Shown here: piece after piece, positions 10,801-20,516 of the stretch
How positions within the stretch are numbered: the first letter of the stretch is position 1
How the letters are laid out: the number at the start of each line of letters is the position of its first letter
Source of the DNA: Lachnospiraceae bacterium
GTDB taxonomy: Bacteria; Bacillota; Clostridia; Lachnospirales; Lachnospiraceae
Length of the DNA stretch: 64,000 bases
Direction of reading: 5' to 3'
Assembly: GCA_051878875.1 (NCBI GenBank)
Contig: JBJEKY010000034.1
Location: 714-64,713, forward strand
Translations under genes and position numbers: made by a program
Notes under the pieces: model-generated
Database searches by the model: none
Told to the model about the DNA's origin: nothing
The model's input: the letters and a program-made list of their open reading frames with translations, nothing else

Positions 10801-11368
10801 TTTTCTTGAGTCCTGCACTGACAAGGAATTCCTCCAGATTTTGGATCGGTGCCCCTTCATAGGCCAGCACCCTTGCTAACAGCCGGATACGGCTATCTTC
10901 TTTTTGCAGACACAGCGCAAAATCGCCGGATGTAAAATATCGATATGCCCTGCGGTAGTCCTTACGTGCAAGATCGGCAAAGGAAGCAAGATCCGTCAAG
11001 CGGATCTCATCAATGCACTGATATTCCCGCTCTATGAAAACAACAAAAGAAAGGGTATATTCATTCTTATTGCAAATTATGGAAAATTCGCCTTTCTGAA
11101 TATCTCCTTCTGCTAAACCGTCGGTATGAAACTGATACTCTACCACCGCGTTGGTACCTGAAAACTCCGGATCCCCAAGAACCATACGGGGATTGTTGGA
11201 ATAAACAATCCCTCTCATAGGAACCTGATTCACGCTCTCAATAGAAAAGGATCCTTTTAGTGCTTTCTCTTCCGGCACATGGATCTCCATTCTTTCCTCG
11301 GAAAGACGGATCTGTGGTCCCACGGATTCGTACACTCCGGCAGCCAGTTCCTGCATTCGTCTACGCAT
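7802..11368 (-). CDS. DUF5717-like large hypothetical protein (N-terminal beta-rich repeats, long helical-repeat region)
   Basis: 1188-aa ORF overlapping the start of the DUF5716-like gene; C-terminal GIYVKEFTLFYGDTVQYYI. Family assigned from memory. Confidence 0.7.
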   Translation of the reverse strand: MRRRMQELAAGVYESVGPQIRLSEERMEIHVPEEKALKGSFSIESVNQVPMRGIVYSNNPRMVLGDPEFSGTNAVVEYQFHTDGLAEGDIQKGEFSIICNKNEYTLSFVVFIEREYQCIDEIRLTDLASFADLARKDYRRAYRYFTSGDFALCLQKEDSRIRLLARVLAYEGAPIQNLEEFLVSAGLKKTLTFTCSFEDQVYENLTQDVREVIEVNKDGWGFAKVEVYADAFFLHIPKHSFEPEDFIGQACRIPFFVLPENLHAGNNFGRIRVECGNQIFQYQISVKNEREENREHREWMLDRRHTVYRLTRLYLDYRSGKVMPASWGSETLKLLEHILAKEDENILFWLAKAQVLLLCGRNQEAQWVLDKCKKIPFAKDSREQAYYLYITTFITQEKSYVRKVAASIEEAYRKSEEDFFLFWMLLFISETFENSRKRKYRAIKEYTLYHPSPVLYVECYQLLKEQPDLLENLDPFEVRLLYWIYKENLLTKELARRLMAVLRYNKQYYELLTPILGWCQQQWPQEEFLSALCSHLIQGCRYGKDVLAWYELAIEKQLMINGLYEAYIISAAKAGETQYPKMVQYYFQYQTNLPYKYRAMVYAGIIRNRDKQTSLYLNCKPEMEQLALEQIAAGHMDENLAQIYDMYLKPLSMTHELSRSLAPLLFIHKLSTDRIRSGRVVVVHRQLNRVMSYPLVEGVAYFPVYGKEKLVALEDEQGCRYVAGAEFDLIRLLNPESYVRKCLKVAPEQMPYLIHTFDYDRIGGAQLKQLSDSELGYLNILLSSESISEDYKQILYPELIRFYHESGRVELLDEYLRSLDFRRLGQSVRLLACELLIERGFFEQAYEAVVAYGCYMISASHLLTLCTCMIDQMEFKENRYLACVCTMLFARGKYNEQVLTYLSRFMYGSTGMLYELWIAARDFKVPCFELEERLLVQMLYTESYINKSEEILSSYIGSGGKKLVLDAYVSYFSYQYFVREAPANHLAMEHIYTMAKRKERLGVCLKLALLKWMGETGSTQYELMQELYDQLMLKGYVFAFYNILPKEVTKHFPRLGKQVVEYRSTPGRSVFIRYLHTDYKQGRYEEDEYVTQQMSEMLEGIYVKEFTLFYGDTVQYYISELQEHTQKILTSGQICNMDLTRQKDESRYTRLNSLIIAEQLGEEEAFETGRQEYDHSLEVVKKGLSWIR

Positions 11369-11472
11369 CTTTTGTCCCTTGCTTTGTTGCTTTTTTCCTA
11401 GTACTTGATATAATGATTATAAACAATTTAGAACTTACATGCAACTGATTTACATAGAAAGGCAGGCACACC

Positions 11473-12561
11473 ATGGCTAAGAAAGAAGCATTTCACGGAA
11501 GTGATCTGGAACGTATAGAGAAAGAATTTGGCATCCGTAAAGAGGACATTATCAACTTTGCAGCCAACGTAAATCCACTGGGAATTTCTCCTTTGATGAA
11601 GGAAGAGTTGTCTCATAAACTGGATGTGATCACCCGCTATCCGGACCGGGATTATACCTCACTAAGGGAAAGCATTGGAAACTATTGTCACATTAGTTCG
11701 GAGCATATCGTGGTAGGAAACGGATCAACGGAACTGATCTCCATCATGGCGCAGTTCATCCGTCCCAAAAAAGCACTGATCTTAGGTCCCACCTATTCCG
11801 AATATGCCAGAGAAATCGGATTAAACGGTGGTGATATCGACTATCTGGAGTTAAAGGAGGAGCAAAACTTTGTTCTGGATCTGGACAGCCTCTCCCAGGC
11901 GTTGGAAAACCATTACGACCTCTTTGTGGTTTGTAACCCCAACAACCCTACCTCCGGTGCAATAGACAGACAAACCATGCGGAAGGTCTTTTCCCTTTGT
12001 CAGAAGCATCATACGTTTGTCATGGTAGACGAAACCTATGTGGAATTCACCCCGGATATAGACGCTTATTCCTGTGCCCAGTTGACCGGTGAATTTGATA
12101 ATTTCATCTGCCTGAGAGGTGTTTCCAAATTCTATGCCGCACCGGGTCTGCGCCTTGGTTACGCCATCACTTCCAATGTCAAACTACTGGCTACCATCCG
12201 TCAGAAACAGAATCCATGGAGTGTAAATTCCCTCGCAGAAACCGCAGGCATCATCATGTATCAGGATACGGAATTTCAGGAAAAAACCAGATCACTCATG
12301 CACCGGGAGCAAAAACGAATGTATGACCTGTTTGCCCAAAGCAAACAGTATAAACCTTATCCGGCCTATGCCAATTTCATTCTGTTAAAGATCCTGGACG
12401 AAGAAGTATCCTCCGCCCAGATCTTCGAACAGGCTATCCGAAGTGGTTTTATGATCCGTGACTGCAGTTCCTTCCCCTTCCTGGGAGATCGGTTCATACG
12501 ATTCTGTTTCATGGATCCGGAAGATAATGACCGGCTAACCAACCTTTTATTAAGCATTTAA
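11473..12561 (+). CDS. PLP-dependent aminotransferase family, threonine-phosphate decarboxylase CobD/HisC-like
   Basis: HGSD, NFAANVNPLG, YPD, GNGSTE, CNPNNPT, VDETY, SKFYAAPGLRLGY. Confidence 0.85.
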   Translation: MAKKEAFHGSDLERIEKEFGIRKEDIINFAANVNPLGISPLMKEELSHKLDVITRYPDRDYTSLRESIGNYCHISSEHIVVGNGSTELISIMAQFIRPKKALILGPTYSEYAREIGLNGGDIDYLELKEEQNFVLDLDSLSQALENHYDLFVVCNPNNPTSGAIDRQTMRKVFSLCQKHHTFVMVDETYVEFTPDIDAYSCAQLTGEFDNFICLRGVSKFYAAPGLRLGYAITSNVKLLATIRQKQNPWSVNSLAETAGIIMYQDTEFQEKTRSLMHREQKRMYDLFAQSKQYKPYPAYANFILLKILDEEVSSAQIFEQAIRSGFMIRDCSSFPFLGDRFIRFCFMDPEDNDRLTNLLLSI

Positions 12562-12578
12562 CCACACAATAAAGAGAA

Positions 12579-12611
12579 AAACCGCGGCATGGAAAATATC
12601 TGCCGCGGTTT
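12579..12611. terminator. Bidirectional terminator between convergent cobD-like and asparaginase genes
   Basis: AAACCGCGGCA-N11-TGCCGCGGTTT. Confidence 0.8.
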
Positions 12612-12624
12612 CATTATGTTGTAC

Positions 12625-13653
12625 CTAAGACTCCACTTTTCTGTTTTTTCCAAATACCAGATCAAAGTTGATGTGCTGATAGAAAATATCCTCACTGTTT
12701 TCGCTTGTAACCTTGAGATTTCCCAACATCCACATACTTTTGGCAATTACGGATTCCAGAGTCATATCATAAGACTCTAAGAACTGACAGTCTTTTTTGA
12801 TCTTCTGACCAACCTCATAGATACTCATGTCACTTCCCTCATGGGAAACCTGGGTTGCCATAATGATCAGGGTTTCCGGATATTTTTTGTGAAGACGGTA
12901 GAATTCTTCGGAAATGGAATCCGGAATGCCTCCCACACCGAAACTTTCAATGATCAACGCATCATAATAATCAAAAATCTCTTCCAGTCCATGCACCTTC
13001 ATTCCCGGGATCAATTTCATCAGATACACTTTTTCATCCAGATTTTCATAAAATGTAACCGGTTCTTCGTAAGGTAGCATTGGGATATAGCGCATGATCT
13101 GTCCTCCCTGGATCACCGCCAGGAATGGGAAATCAATGCTGTCAAAGGCATTAAAACTCTTTGAACGCACCTTTCTGGCTCTGGTTCCTGCAATGACTTT
13201 TCCATCGAAGACAATACAAACACCCTGTGATTTGGGATCTGCCGCATACAAAATGGCATCTGTCAGATTAGTCTTGCCATCTGTGTTCTCCTGTTCAATG
13301 GGACGCTGGGATCCGGTAAGCACCACCGGTTTGTCCGAATTCTGGATCATATAGGACAATGCCGCCGCTGTATAAGCCATGGTATCCGTACCATGGGCAA
13401 TTACGAATCCGTCATAAGAAAAATAATTCTCTTTAATTGTTTTCACCATGTTACTCCAGATCTCCGGCTTCATATTGGTGCTATCCACACTGCACAGCTG
13501 ATAGGTATCCACCTGTGCCGTTTCTAAGATTTCCGGAATAAACTGTAATATTTCATCCGAAGAGATTCCCGGCTTCAGGCCATTCTCTGACTCCGTAGAA
13601 GCAATGGTTCCCCCTGTTGCGATCAACAATACTTTTCTTTTCACTTGATTCAT
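12625..13653 (-). CDS. ansA: L-asparaginase type I
   Basis: IATGGTIAS, HGTDTMAY, LTGSQ, RKVRS--FNAFDS; no signal peptide. Confidence 0.92.
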   Translation of the reverse strand: MNQVKRKVLLIATGGTIASTESENGLKPGISSDEILQFIPEILETAQVDTYQLCSVDSTNMKPEIWSNMVKTIKENYFSYDGFVIAHGTDTMAYTAAALSYMIQNSDKPVVLTGSQRPIEQENTDGKTNLTDAILYAADPKSQGVCIVFDGKVIAGTRARKVRSKSFNAFDSIDFPFLAVIQGGQIMRYIPMLPYEEPVTFYENLDEKVYLMKLIPGMKVHGLEEIFDYYDALIIESFGVGGIPDSISEEFYRLHKKYPETLIIMATQVSHEGSDMSIYEVGQKIKKDCQFLESYDMTLESVIAKSMWMLGNLKVTSENSEDIFYQHINFDLVFGKNRKVES

Positions 13654-13664
13654 GATTAACTCCC

Positions 13665-16103
13665 TTATCCTTCCCTATGGTCTATATATGAATTCAGTAC
13701 CTCAAAGGCACCGTCATAGTCAAATTGCTCCAATCTGGCAAAGGCACTTTCCAGATCCTGTCTTACCGGACTATCCAACCTGTGCTCCAGACATTCACGG
13801 ATCAACTTTTCTGCTTCTGCCTGCTGGAATTCCTCCAGACAAGCCAGGATCAGCAATAACTGATCCTCCAGTTCTGTTGGAGTGAATTCTTCCAACAAAG
13901 CTTCGTCTATAGTCTGAACCTTTGGTTGCTGCTCTATACCAATAAACTGTTCAAACCCTGCCTTTACCTTTTTCCACTCTTCTTCCAAATCTCCGATGTG
14001 GGTCTGGATGTAATGAACATTTCCGGCTTTGCTCTCCTTTTCCTCTTCAAAAGCCAACTCTCCCAAGCGGTTGGCCCCCAAAGTTCTGGCATTGCTTTTC
14101 AGCCCGTGTACCAGGATCGCATATTCCGGCATATCGCACTTTGCCAACGCATCTTTCATCTTCTGATGTTTGGTTTCATAGTCACCAACAAATACCTTTG
14201 CCATATCTCGATATACGGCTTCATCGCCTTCCATATATTGCAATCCCACCCCTGTATCAATTCCATACATAGAAAGGTCCTGACAACGCGAAACTGCACT
14301 GATATGTTTTTCGTTTTCCTCCATTCTGACCTTTTGAGCCGGAAGATGTTCCAACAAAACCCGGTCCAGTTCGTCAATGGCAATGGGCTTGGAAATATAA
14401 TCATCAAAGCCTTCGCTTAAATAGTTTTCTTTCGCACCGATGATGGCATTGGCTGTAAGTACCACGATCCTCGTATTCTCGTCCACCAGCTGTTCTTCTC
14501 CACGCAGAACCTTCAAGGTTTCGATTCCGTCCATCTGTGGCATCATATGATCTAACAGGATCAGATCATAGTGTTTTTCTTTCACGGCCCGAATACATTC
14601 CTCGCCGGACAAAACACAATCCACCCTGCACAGAGACTTCTTTAACAGGCTGGAAACCACCTGCAGGTTCATATCGTTATCATCCACCACCAGAATATCC
14701 GCATCCGGAGCCACAACGGTTTTTCCGCCGGATGTGCCCTCCATCGCTTCTTTCTCTCTTCGTTTCAGTTCTTCTGCAAATTCTCCCACCGTTTCATCGG
14801 AACAGATCTTCTGTCCGATGGAAATGGAAAAAATGGAACCCTCCCCATAAACACTCTGCACCGTCAGACTTCCGCCCATCAGTTCAATCAGCTGCTTACT
14901 GATCTTTAACCCCAGACCGGTTCCCTCAATGGCACGGTTCTTCTGAATATCCAGACGTCCAAAATTCTGGAACAGCTTGGGAATATCCTCCGATTTGATT
15001 CCGATACCCGAATCGATTACCGATAAGATCATTTTACCGGTTTCTTCCTCTTCCCGAAGAAACGACACTTGAAAACTTACGAAACCTTTTTCCGTATACT
15101 TTATGGCATTGCTGAGAAGATTACCTGCCGCCTGTTTGATTCGATACTCGTCTCCGAACAAAGTCCGGGGCAATTCCTCTGCCACCTGATATTCAAAATC
15201 AAGTCCCTTGGACATTGCCTGTACCCGGTACAATTCAATAAGATCCCTCAGCAAACTGGCAGAATCATACTCCATGGGAACAATTTCCATACGTCCGGAT
15301 TGGATCTTGGAAAAATCCAAAATGTCATTTACAATCGTTAGAAGAGATTTTCCTGCATTTTTTACGGTTCTGGCATAACCTTCGATTTCCGGCTGATTCG
15401 TTTCCCGAAGGATCATTTCATTCATGCCCAGCACCGCATTGATCGGAGTACGGATCTCGTGACTCATCTGGGCAAGAAAATCGCTTTTTGCCTTGTTTTC
15501 TTCCTGCGCCTCAAGCCGCTCTACTAATTCTTCTTCCTGGCCTTTTAGCAGCTTCTCTTCATATTTTACAATGGTTTGGCTGATCACATATAGCAGAATA
15601 AATTCGATGGTAAACCCTGCGGAATACTTGATAAAATACTCCGGCTGGGTTTCTTTGATAAAGTTATGGGCAATCTGGTCAAAAGAGCGGAAATATACAG
15701 CCCCTATCATTACCAGATAACTGACACCACACACCAGTCTGGTATAGGACAAACTTACATAAAGACAGCTTAACAAAGTGGCAAAACAATAAGAAATATA
15801 AATACCTACAGCAGCTCTTGTCGCAAAAGCTCCGATTAAGATCTCCAATGCAAAGATGCCGAAAAAACGTGCCACGCTGTGATATTTTGGATTCCGTATC
15901 AAAATCTGCTGGACCAGACAGGTAAACAGTGCATATCCCGTAAAGGCCACACAAAATAAAGTCTCAATCTGAAAAATCCCAAACTGCGTCAGCACGAACA
16001 TAATGGGACCCACCAGACATGCCAGATACAGCAATTTTCCGATGGATTGATTCACCTGCAATTCATTGTCCAACAAAAACTTCTTTCTGTCGAATTTATC
16101 CAT
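13665..16103 (-). CDS. Membrane hybrid sensor histidine kinase (TM-HisKA-HATPase-REC-Hpt)
   Basis: MSHEIRTPINAV H-box, NLLSNAIKYT, DSGIGI, GTGLGL, ILVVDDN, LLDHMMP, HGLKSNARTLGA (Hpt). Confidence 0.93.
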   Translation of the reverse strand: MDKFDRKKFLLDNELQVNQSIGKLLYLACLVGPIMFVLTQFGIFQIETLFCVAFTGYALFTCLVQQILIRNPKYHSVARFFGIFALEILIGAFATRAAVGIYISYCFATLLSCLYVSLSYTRLVCGVSYLVMIGAVYFRSFDQIAHNFIKETQPEYFIKYSAGFTIEFILLYVISQTIVKYEEKLLKGQEEELVERLEAQEENKAKSDFLAQMSHEIRTPINAVLGMNEMILRETNQPEIEGYARTVKNAGKSLLTIVNDILDFSKIQSGRMEIVPMEYDSASLLRDLIELYRVQAMSKGLDFEYQVAEELPRTLFGDEYRIKQAAGNLLSNAIKYTEKGFVSFQVSFLREEEETGKMILSVIDSGIGIKSEDIPKLFQNFGRLDIQKNRAIEGTGLGLKISKQLIELMGGSLTVQSVYGEGSIFSISIGQKICSDETVGEFAEELKRREKEAMEGTSGGKTVVAPDADILVVDDNDMNLQVVSSLLKKSLCRVDCVLSGEECIRAVKEKHYDLILLDHMMPQMDGIETLKVLRGEEQLVDENTRIVVLTANAIIGAKENYLSEGFDDYISKPIAIDELDRVLLEHLPAQKVRMEENEKHISAVSRCQDLSMYGIDTGVGLQYMEGDEAVYRDMAKVFVGDYETKHQKMKDALAKCDMPEYAILVHGLKSNARTLGANRLGELAFEEEKESKAGNVHYIQTHIGDLEEEWKKVKAGFEQFIGIEQQPKVQTIDEALLEEFTPTELEDQLLLILACLEEFQQAEAEKLIRECLEHRLDSPVRQDLESAFARLEQFDYDGAFEVLNSYIDHREG

Positions 16104-16123
16104 GATCCGATGACTGCCTTTCC

Positions 16124-16627
16124 TTAGAATTTACGTATGGTATCCTCGCTATCGTCAATTGATTTGTCTATTGATCGGATGATCACGTCATAACTATAGT
16201 CCTCATTTACTTTAACGCTCACCCTGTCTCCCACTTTATGTCCCAGAAGCGCCTTTCCCAAAGGCGAATCAATGCTGATCAGTCCCTGAAGAGAATTTCC
16301 CCGCACCGTCGTAATGATCCGGTAGGTTTCTTCTTCCTCATCTTCTTCCACGTAAATCGTCACTTTATTATTAATGCCTACCTCGTCCTCTGCAGATTCA
16401 TCAGAAATCACTTTAGCGGTTTTGATCATCTTCTCCAAATACCGGATCCGGCTTTCGTTCTGATTTTTCTCCCGCTTGGCAGCATAATATTCAAAGTTCT
16501 CACTAAGGTCTCCCTGCGCTCTGGCTTCTTTTACTGCCTCAATGAGTTCTTTACGCAACACCAGCTTACGGTGTTCGATCTCAGCCTCCATTTTTGCAAT
16601 ATCGCTTTTGGTTAATTCATCAAACAT
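16124..16627 (-). CDS. greA: Transcription elongation factor GreA
   Basis: EARAQGDLSENFEYYAAK, ISIDSPLGKALLG. Confidence 0.93.
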   Translation of the reverse strand: MFDELTKSDIAKMEAEIEHRKLVLRKELIEAVKEARAQGDLSENFEYYAAKREKNQNESRIRYLEKMIKTAKVISDESAEDEVGINNKVTIYVEEDEEEETYRIITTVRGNSLQGLISIDSPLGKALLGHKVGDRVSVKVNEDYSYDVIIRSIDKSIDDSEDTIRKF

Positions 16628-16645
16628 AGGTGCCTCCTACAAGAT

Positions 16646-16674
16646 ATTGTACCCCAATCGGATAGGGAACGCAA
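16646..16674 (-). promoter_or_regulatory. Putative sigma-A promoter of greA
   Basis: TTGCGT-N17-TACAAT. Confidence 0.6.
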
Positions 16675-16693
16675 GAGTACTTCTCAAATTTAG

Positions 16694-16725
16694 AAGAAAA
16701 GGCAGCCGAAAAACCAGCTGCCTTT
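16694..16725 (-). terminator. Intrinsic terminator after the GGDEF-EAL gene
   Basis: Minus strand AAAGGCAGCTG-GTTTTT-CGGCTGCCTTT followed by TCTT. Confidence 0.75.
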
Positions 16726-16728
16726 GTT

Positions 16729-19020
16729 TTATAAATATTTTTCCTCAAATTCAGATACACTGATGGGCTTGGAATAATAATATCCCTGAAACATTTCACA
16801 GCCCATATCCAGCAGGGAATCGATCTGTTCCTTCGTCTCAACGCCCTCGGTGATAACCGACATTCCTAACTGTTTGGAAAGTGAAATGATCATATTCAAG
16901 ATCGATTTGCTGCGTTCATGATCCTGTGTTTCCCGCAGAAATTCCCGGTCGATTTTAATCACATCCGCATTCAGATCCTTTAACATATTCAGAGAAGAAA
17001 ATCCGCTTCCAAAATCATCCACTTCAATTCTGAAACCATAGGCTCTTAGCTTTTCAATGGTTTCCATATTCTTCTCCATGTCATTCATAAGCACCGTCTC
17101 CGTGATCTCCAAATTCAGCCGGTTTGGCGGAATCTGATATTTTTCCACCAGTCCCGTGATCACCTGATAAACTTCCAGGTAAATGAAATCCTTGGGTGAA
17201 ATATTAACGGAGATACCTAACTGGTTATCTTTGCCGGAATCCATCCAGCTACGGATCTGACGTACTGCCAGTTCCCATATATGCACATCAAGCTTATGGA
17301 TAAGACCGCCCCGTTCAAAGGTCGGAATAAAGTCATTTGGAAAAACCATTCCTTTCTCAGGATGCTTCCAACGCACCAGAGCCTCTGCACTTTTTACAAT
17401 TCCATACCGATCCACCTGGGGTTGCAGATAGATTACAAACTGATCCTGCTCCAATGCTTTTTCAAATTCGCCGATGATCCTTTTATCTGCTACGGTTTTT
17501 TCCATCATCTCATTGCTATAATAGGAAAAAATCCTGTCATACTCCTCAGAAATACTGCGGACAGCCATATATGCCTTGTCACAAATCGTTGCCACCGGCT
17601 CCTTGGGATCTGTGATCTCATAAACACCACAGTGAAGATACATATGATACACCGTACCTTCAAACATACTGGCCATTTCTTTAATATGCTTGGTCAGTAC
17701 TTCCTCATCATAACGTTCCTTCGGCATACACAAAGCAAAGCGGTCAGCTTCCATTCGACCGTAAATGCTGCCTTCCTTTGCAAGAGTGCGTAACATTCCG
17801 GCCTGCAGTTTTAAGATCTCATCACCTTTTTCCGTACCAAACAGATCATTGATCAGTTTAAAGTCCCTGATATTGGACACGATCATCACCCGCGGGCGAT
17901 CCGGTTCCTGCTTCAGTGCTTTTTCCACGGTCAGCATGAAAAACTCCCGATTATAAATTCCGGTCATACGATCATGGGTAGCCCGAAACTTCTCCTGCTC
18001 AAACCGCTCATGCTCTTCTGTCCGGTCTGTCAGTTGGAAATAACTTCCGATCAGATTCTTTTTCTCATCAAAAAGCGGGTTAAACTCCACATCCACATAA
18101 TGCATGCGATTCGCCTCTTCGTGGATCTCTTCCCAGCTTGTCCGCTCGATCTTCTCACTTCCGTGCTCATTCATCCAGGTAAAGAAGCGTTCATTCATAA
18201 CCGTGATGTCTTCCCTGATGTGGAAAAACTCCCGCGCAGCCTCATTTACAAACACTGTATTTCCGTCTACATCATAGGTAATAACTGCCGAATTCATATT
18301 CCGCACCACCTGAAATGCTGCATTATCCAAAAGTGCCTTCGGAATATAATATAGCGACAGATCGCTTAACGCAACTGCTGCGATCCCATAAGCAAGAACC
18401 GACGGGTCTACCGGTCCGTTCACTGCAGCATACAAACTGTTAAGTGCCACTGCCAGCATTACCAGAAACAGGATATAGGAATATCTCCTACGGTAAAATC
18501 CAATGGTATTTTTGCATTTTGCCACCAGCGGAAGGATCACCAGAAGTAACATAAAATAGCACCATGCATAATGCAGGATAAAAAAGATACCGCGATCGGT
18601 CAGTACATAACAATTTCCGAAAAACAGATCATAGTGCTCCGTCAAACGAAACACATGTCCCGTAACGGTATTGATCAGAAGTGACATCGTATCTATAACA
18701 CAGATGACAAAGTAAGTCCAAAAAGCAACCCTGTACCTTCTAAATACTCCGGTATATACTTCCGTATACATAATAAGAAGCATAATAAGCCAGGACGTTG
18801 AGGCAAAATAAGTTTCCCAGAAGAAGGTTACCAATTGCTGGTCCCTGCATAACAGGATGCCGATGTTCACCAGCACGATAAAAATAGCCAGCCACAGCAT
18901 TCTACGGATTATACGGGCCAGTTCCTCTTTTCTTCCCTGTGTTTTATTGATTAGTCCAAAACCGACTACGATCATTGCCAATAGCACGATCAGATAAATA
19001 TCTTTAAAAATCATCCACAA
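16729..19020 (-). CDS. 7TM-PAS-GGDEF(degenerate)-EAL protein, probable c-di-GMP phosphodiesterase
   Basis: N-terminal multi-TM region; HDRMTGIYNR; RMEADRF in place of GGDEF; AEALVRW, EITE, DDFGSGFSSL, EGVET, QGYYYSKP. Confidence 0.9.
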   Translation of the reverse strand: MWMIFKDIYLIVLLAMIVVGFGLINKTQGRKEELARIIRRMLWLAIFIVLVNIGILLCRDQQLVTFFWETYFASTSWLIMLLIMYTEVYTGVFRRYRVAFWTYFVICVIDTMSLLINTVTGHVFRLTEHYDLFFGNCYVLTDRGIFFILHYAWCYFMLLLVILPLVAKCKNTIGFYRRRYSYILFLVMLAVALNSLYAAVNGPVDPSVLAYGIAAVALSDLSLYYIPKALLDNAAFQVVRNMNSAVITYDVDGNTVFVNEAAREFFHIREDITVMNERFFTWMNEHGSEKIERTSWEEIHEEANRMHYVDVEFNPLFDEKKNLIGSYFQLTDRTEEHERFEQEKFRATHDRMTGIYNREFFMLTVEKALKQEPDRPRVMIVSNIRDFKLINDLFGTEKGDEILKLQAGMLRTLAKEGSIYGRMEADRFALCMPKERYDEEVLTKHIKEMASMFEGTVYHMYLHCGVYEITDPKEPVATICDKAYMAVRSISEEYDRIFSYYSNEMMEKTVADKRIIGEFEKALEQDQFVIYLQPQVDRYGIVKSAEALVRWKHPEKGMVFPNDFIPTFERGGLIHKLDVHIWELAVRQIRSWMDSGKDNQLGISVNISPKDFIYLEVYQVITGLVEKYQIPPNRLNLEITETVLMNDMEKNMETIEKLRAYGFRIEVDDFGSGFSSLNMLKDLNADVIKIDREFLRETQDHERSKSILNMIISLSKQLGMSVITEGVETKEQIDSLLDMGCEMFQGYYYSKPISVSEFEEKYL

Positions 19021-19115
19021 TCTCCTTGTTGGGGTGTTTTAGTTTATCTATCTCATCATACCTTAAATATGTGAAGATTTCATAAAACACAGCATGCTTC
19101 ACAGATTATTTAGAA

Positions 19116-19655
19116 TTAGTCTCTTCCGGCAATTTCATAATAGTCATTTCCCTCCGTGTCAATGATCACAACGATGGGTAGATCTTTTACCGTCAGTTTG
19201 CGGATCGCTTCCGTGCCAAGATCCTCATAGGCAACCACTTCAGCTGAGGTGATGCATTTGGATAATAAAGCTCCTGCGCCTCCGATGGCAGCAAAATACA
19301 CCGCCCCGTTTTCTGCAAGGCTCTGTTTCACTTCCTCATTACGGCGGCCTTTTCCGATCACTCCGGACACTCCTAATTTAAGCAATGCCGGCGTGTATTT
19401 ATCCATACGGCTGGATGTTGTCGGTCCCGCAGAACCGATCACATGCCCCTGCCTTGCCGGTGTAGGACCAAGATAATACAAAACCGTATCTTTTAATTCA
19501 ATCGGCAACGGTTCCTTTTTCTCAAGGCTTTCATATAGTCGTTTATGTGCCGCATCTCTGGCGGTGTAAAGGATACCGGAAGCATAGCACATATCTCCGG
19601 CTTTCAAACTTTTTGCCTGCTCCTTCGTCAAAGGAAATGTGATTTCTTTTCTCAT
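19116..19655 (-). CDS. Fe-S hydro-lyase, class I fumarate hydratase beta subunit
   Basis: TARDAAHKRL, SAGPTTSSRMD, IGKG, YEDLGTEAI. Confidence 0.92.
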   Translation of the reverse strand: MRKEITFPLTKEQAKSLKAGDMCYASGILYTARDAAHKRLYESLEKKEPLPIELKDTVLYYLGPTPARQGHVIGSAGPTTSSRMDKYTPALLKLGVSGVIGKGRRNEEVKQSLAENGAVYFAAIGGAGALLSKCITSAEVVAYEDLGTEAIRKLTVKDLPIVVIIDTEGNDYYEIAGRD

Positions 19656-19665
19656 GTGCTACCTC

Positions 19666-20508
19666 CTATATGATCACGCTGGCATGTCGATTTACATGGC
19701 AGCACATATTTACCGCCAACGGCATACCTGCAATATGGGTAGGATAGGTTTCAATATGCACGGCAAGGGCCGTGGTATCTCCGCCCAGTCCCGCCGGTCC
19801 GATATGAAGCCGGTTGATCTTTTCAAGGACTTCCTGCTCAATTCCGGCAATATGCTCCTTGTCAGAATGCTCTTCTACCGGTAGCGTCAATGCATGCTTT
19901 GCCATTTTTGCTGCCAATTCAAAATCTCCCCCCAGACCGACACCTACCACCAGTGGCGGACAGGCATTGGGGCCGGCCTTTTTTACCGCATCCAGGATGC
20001 TGTCGATCACGCCCTGTCTTCCGTCTGCCGGTTTTAACATATACACCCGGCTCATGTTTTCACTTCCAAAACCCTTGGGGGCAAGGGTAATTTCCACCTT
20101 GTCTCCGGGCACGATACTGGTGTGGATGATGGCCGGTGTATTATCCCCGGTATTCTCTCTACACAGTGGATCTTCCACCACGGATTTTCTTAAGTAACCT
20201 TCCGTATAACCTTTTGCCACTCCTTTATTGATGGCCTCGGTCAGGTCTCCCCCTGTAAAATGGACTTCCTGTCCCACATTCAGAAAGATCACTGCCATAC
20301 CTGTGTCCTGGCAGATTGGTATCATTTCTTCTCCGGCGATCTTTAAGTTCTCCTGTAGCTGTCCTAAGATTTCTTTTGCAAGGGGATTGGATTCCTTACT
20401 TTCTGCTTCATCAAACGCCTTACGCATATCCGGGGACAGAAAATGGTTTGCTTCTATACATAACTTACTGATCTCTTCAGTTATTACCGCAGTATCAACT
20501 TCACGCAT
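19666..20508 (-). CDS. Class I fumarate hydratase alpha subunit
   Basis: PICQDTG, LRKSVV, PKGFGSENMS, NACPP, THIAGMP, CCHVNRH. Confidence 0.92.
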   Translation of the reverse strand: MREVDTAVITEEISKLCIEANHFLSPDMRKAFDEAESKESNPLAKEILGQLQENLKIAGEEMIPICQDTGMAVIFLNVGQEVHFTGGDLTEAINKGVAKGYTEGYLRKSVVEDPLCRENTGDNTPAIIHTSIVPGDKVEITLAPKGFGSENMSRVYMLKPADGRQGVIDSILDAVKKAGPNACPPLVVGVGLGGDFELAAKMAKHALTLPVEEHSDKEHIAGIEQEVLEKINRLHIGPAGLGGDTTALAVHIETYPTHIAGMPLAVNMCCHVNRHASVII

Positions 20509-20516
20509 TTTTTCAC

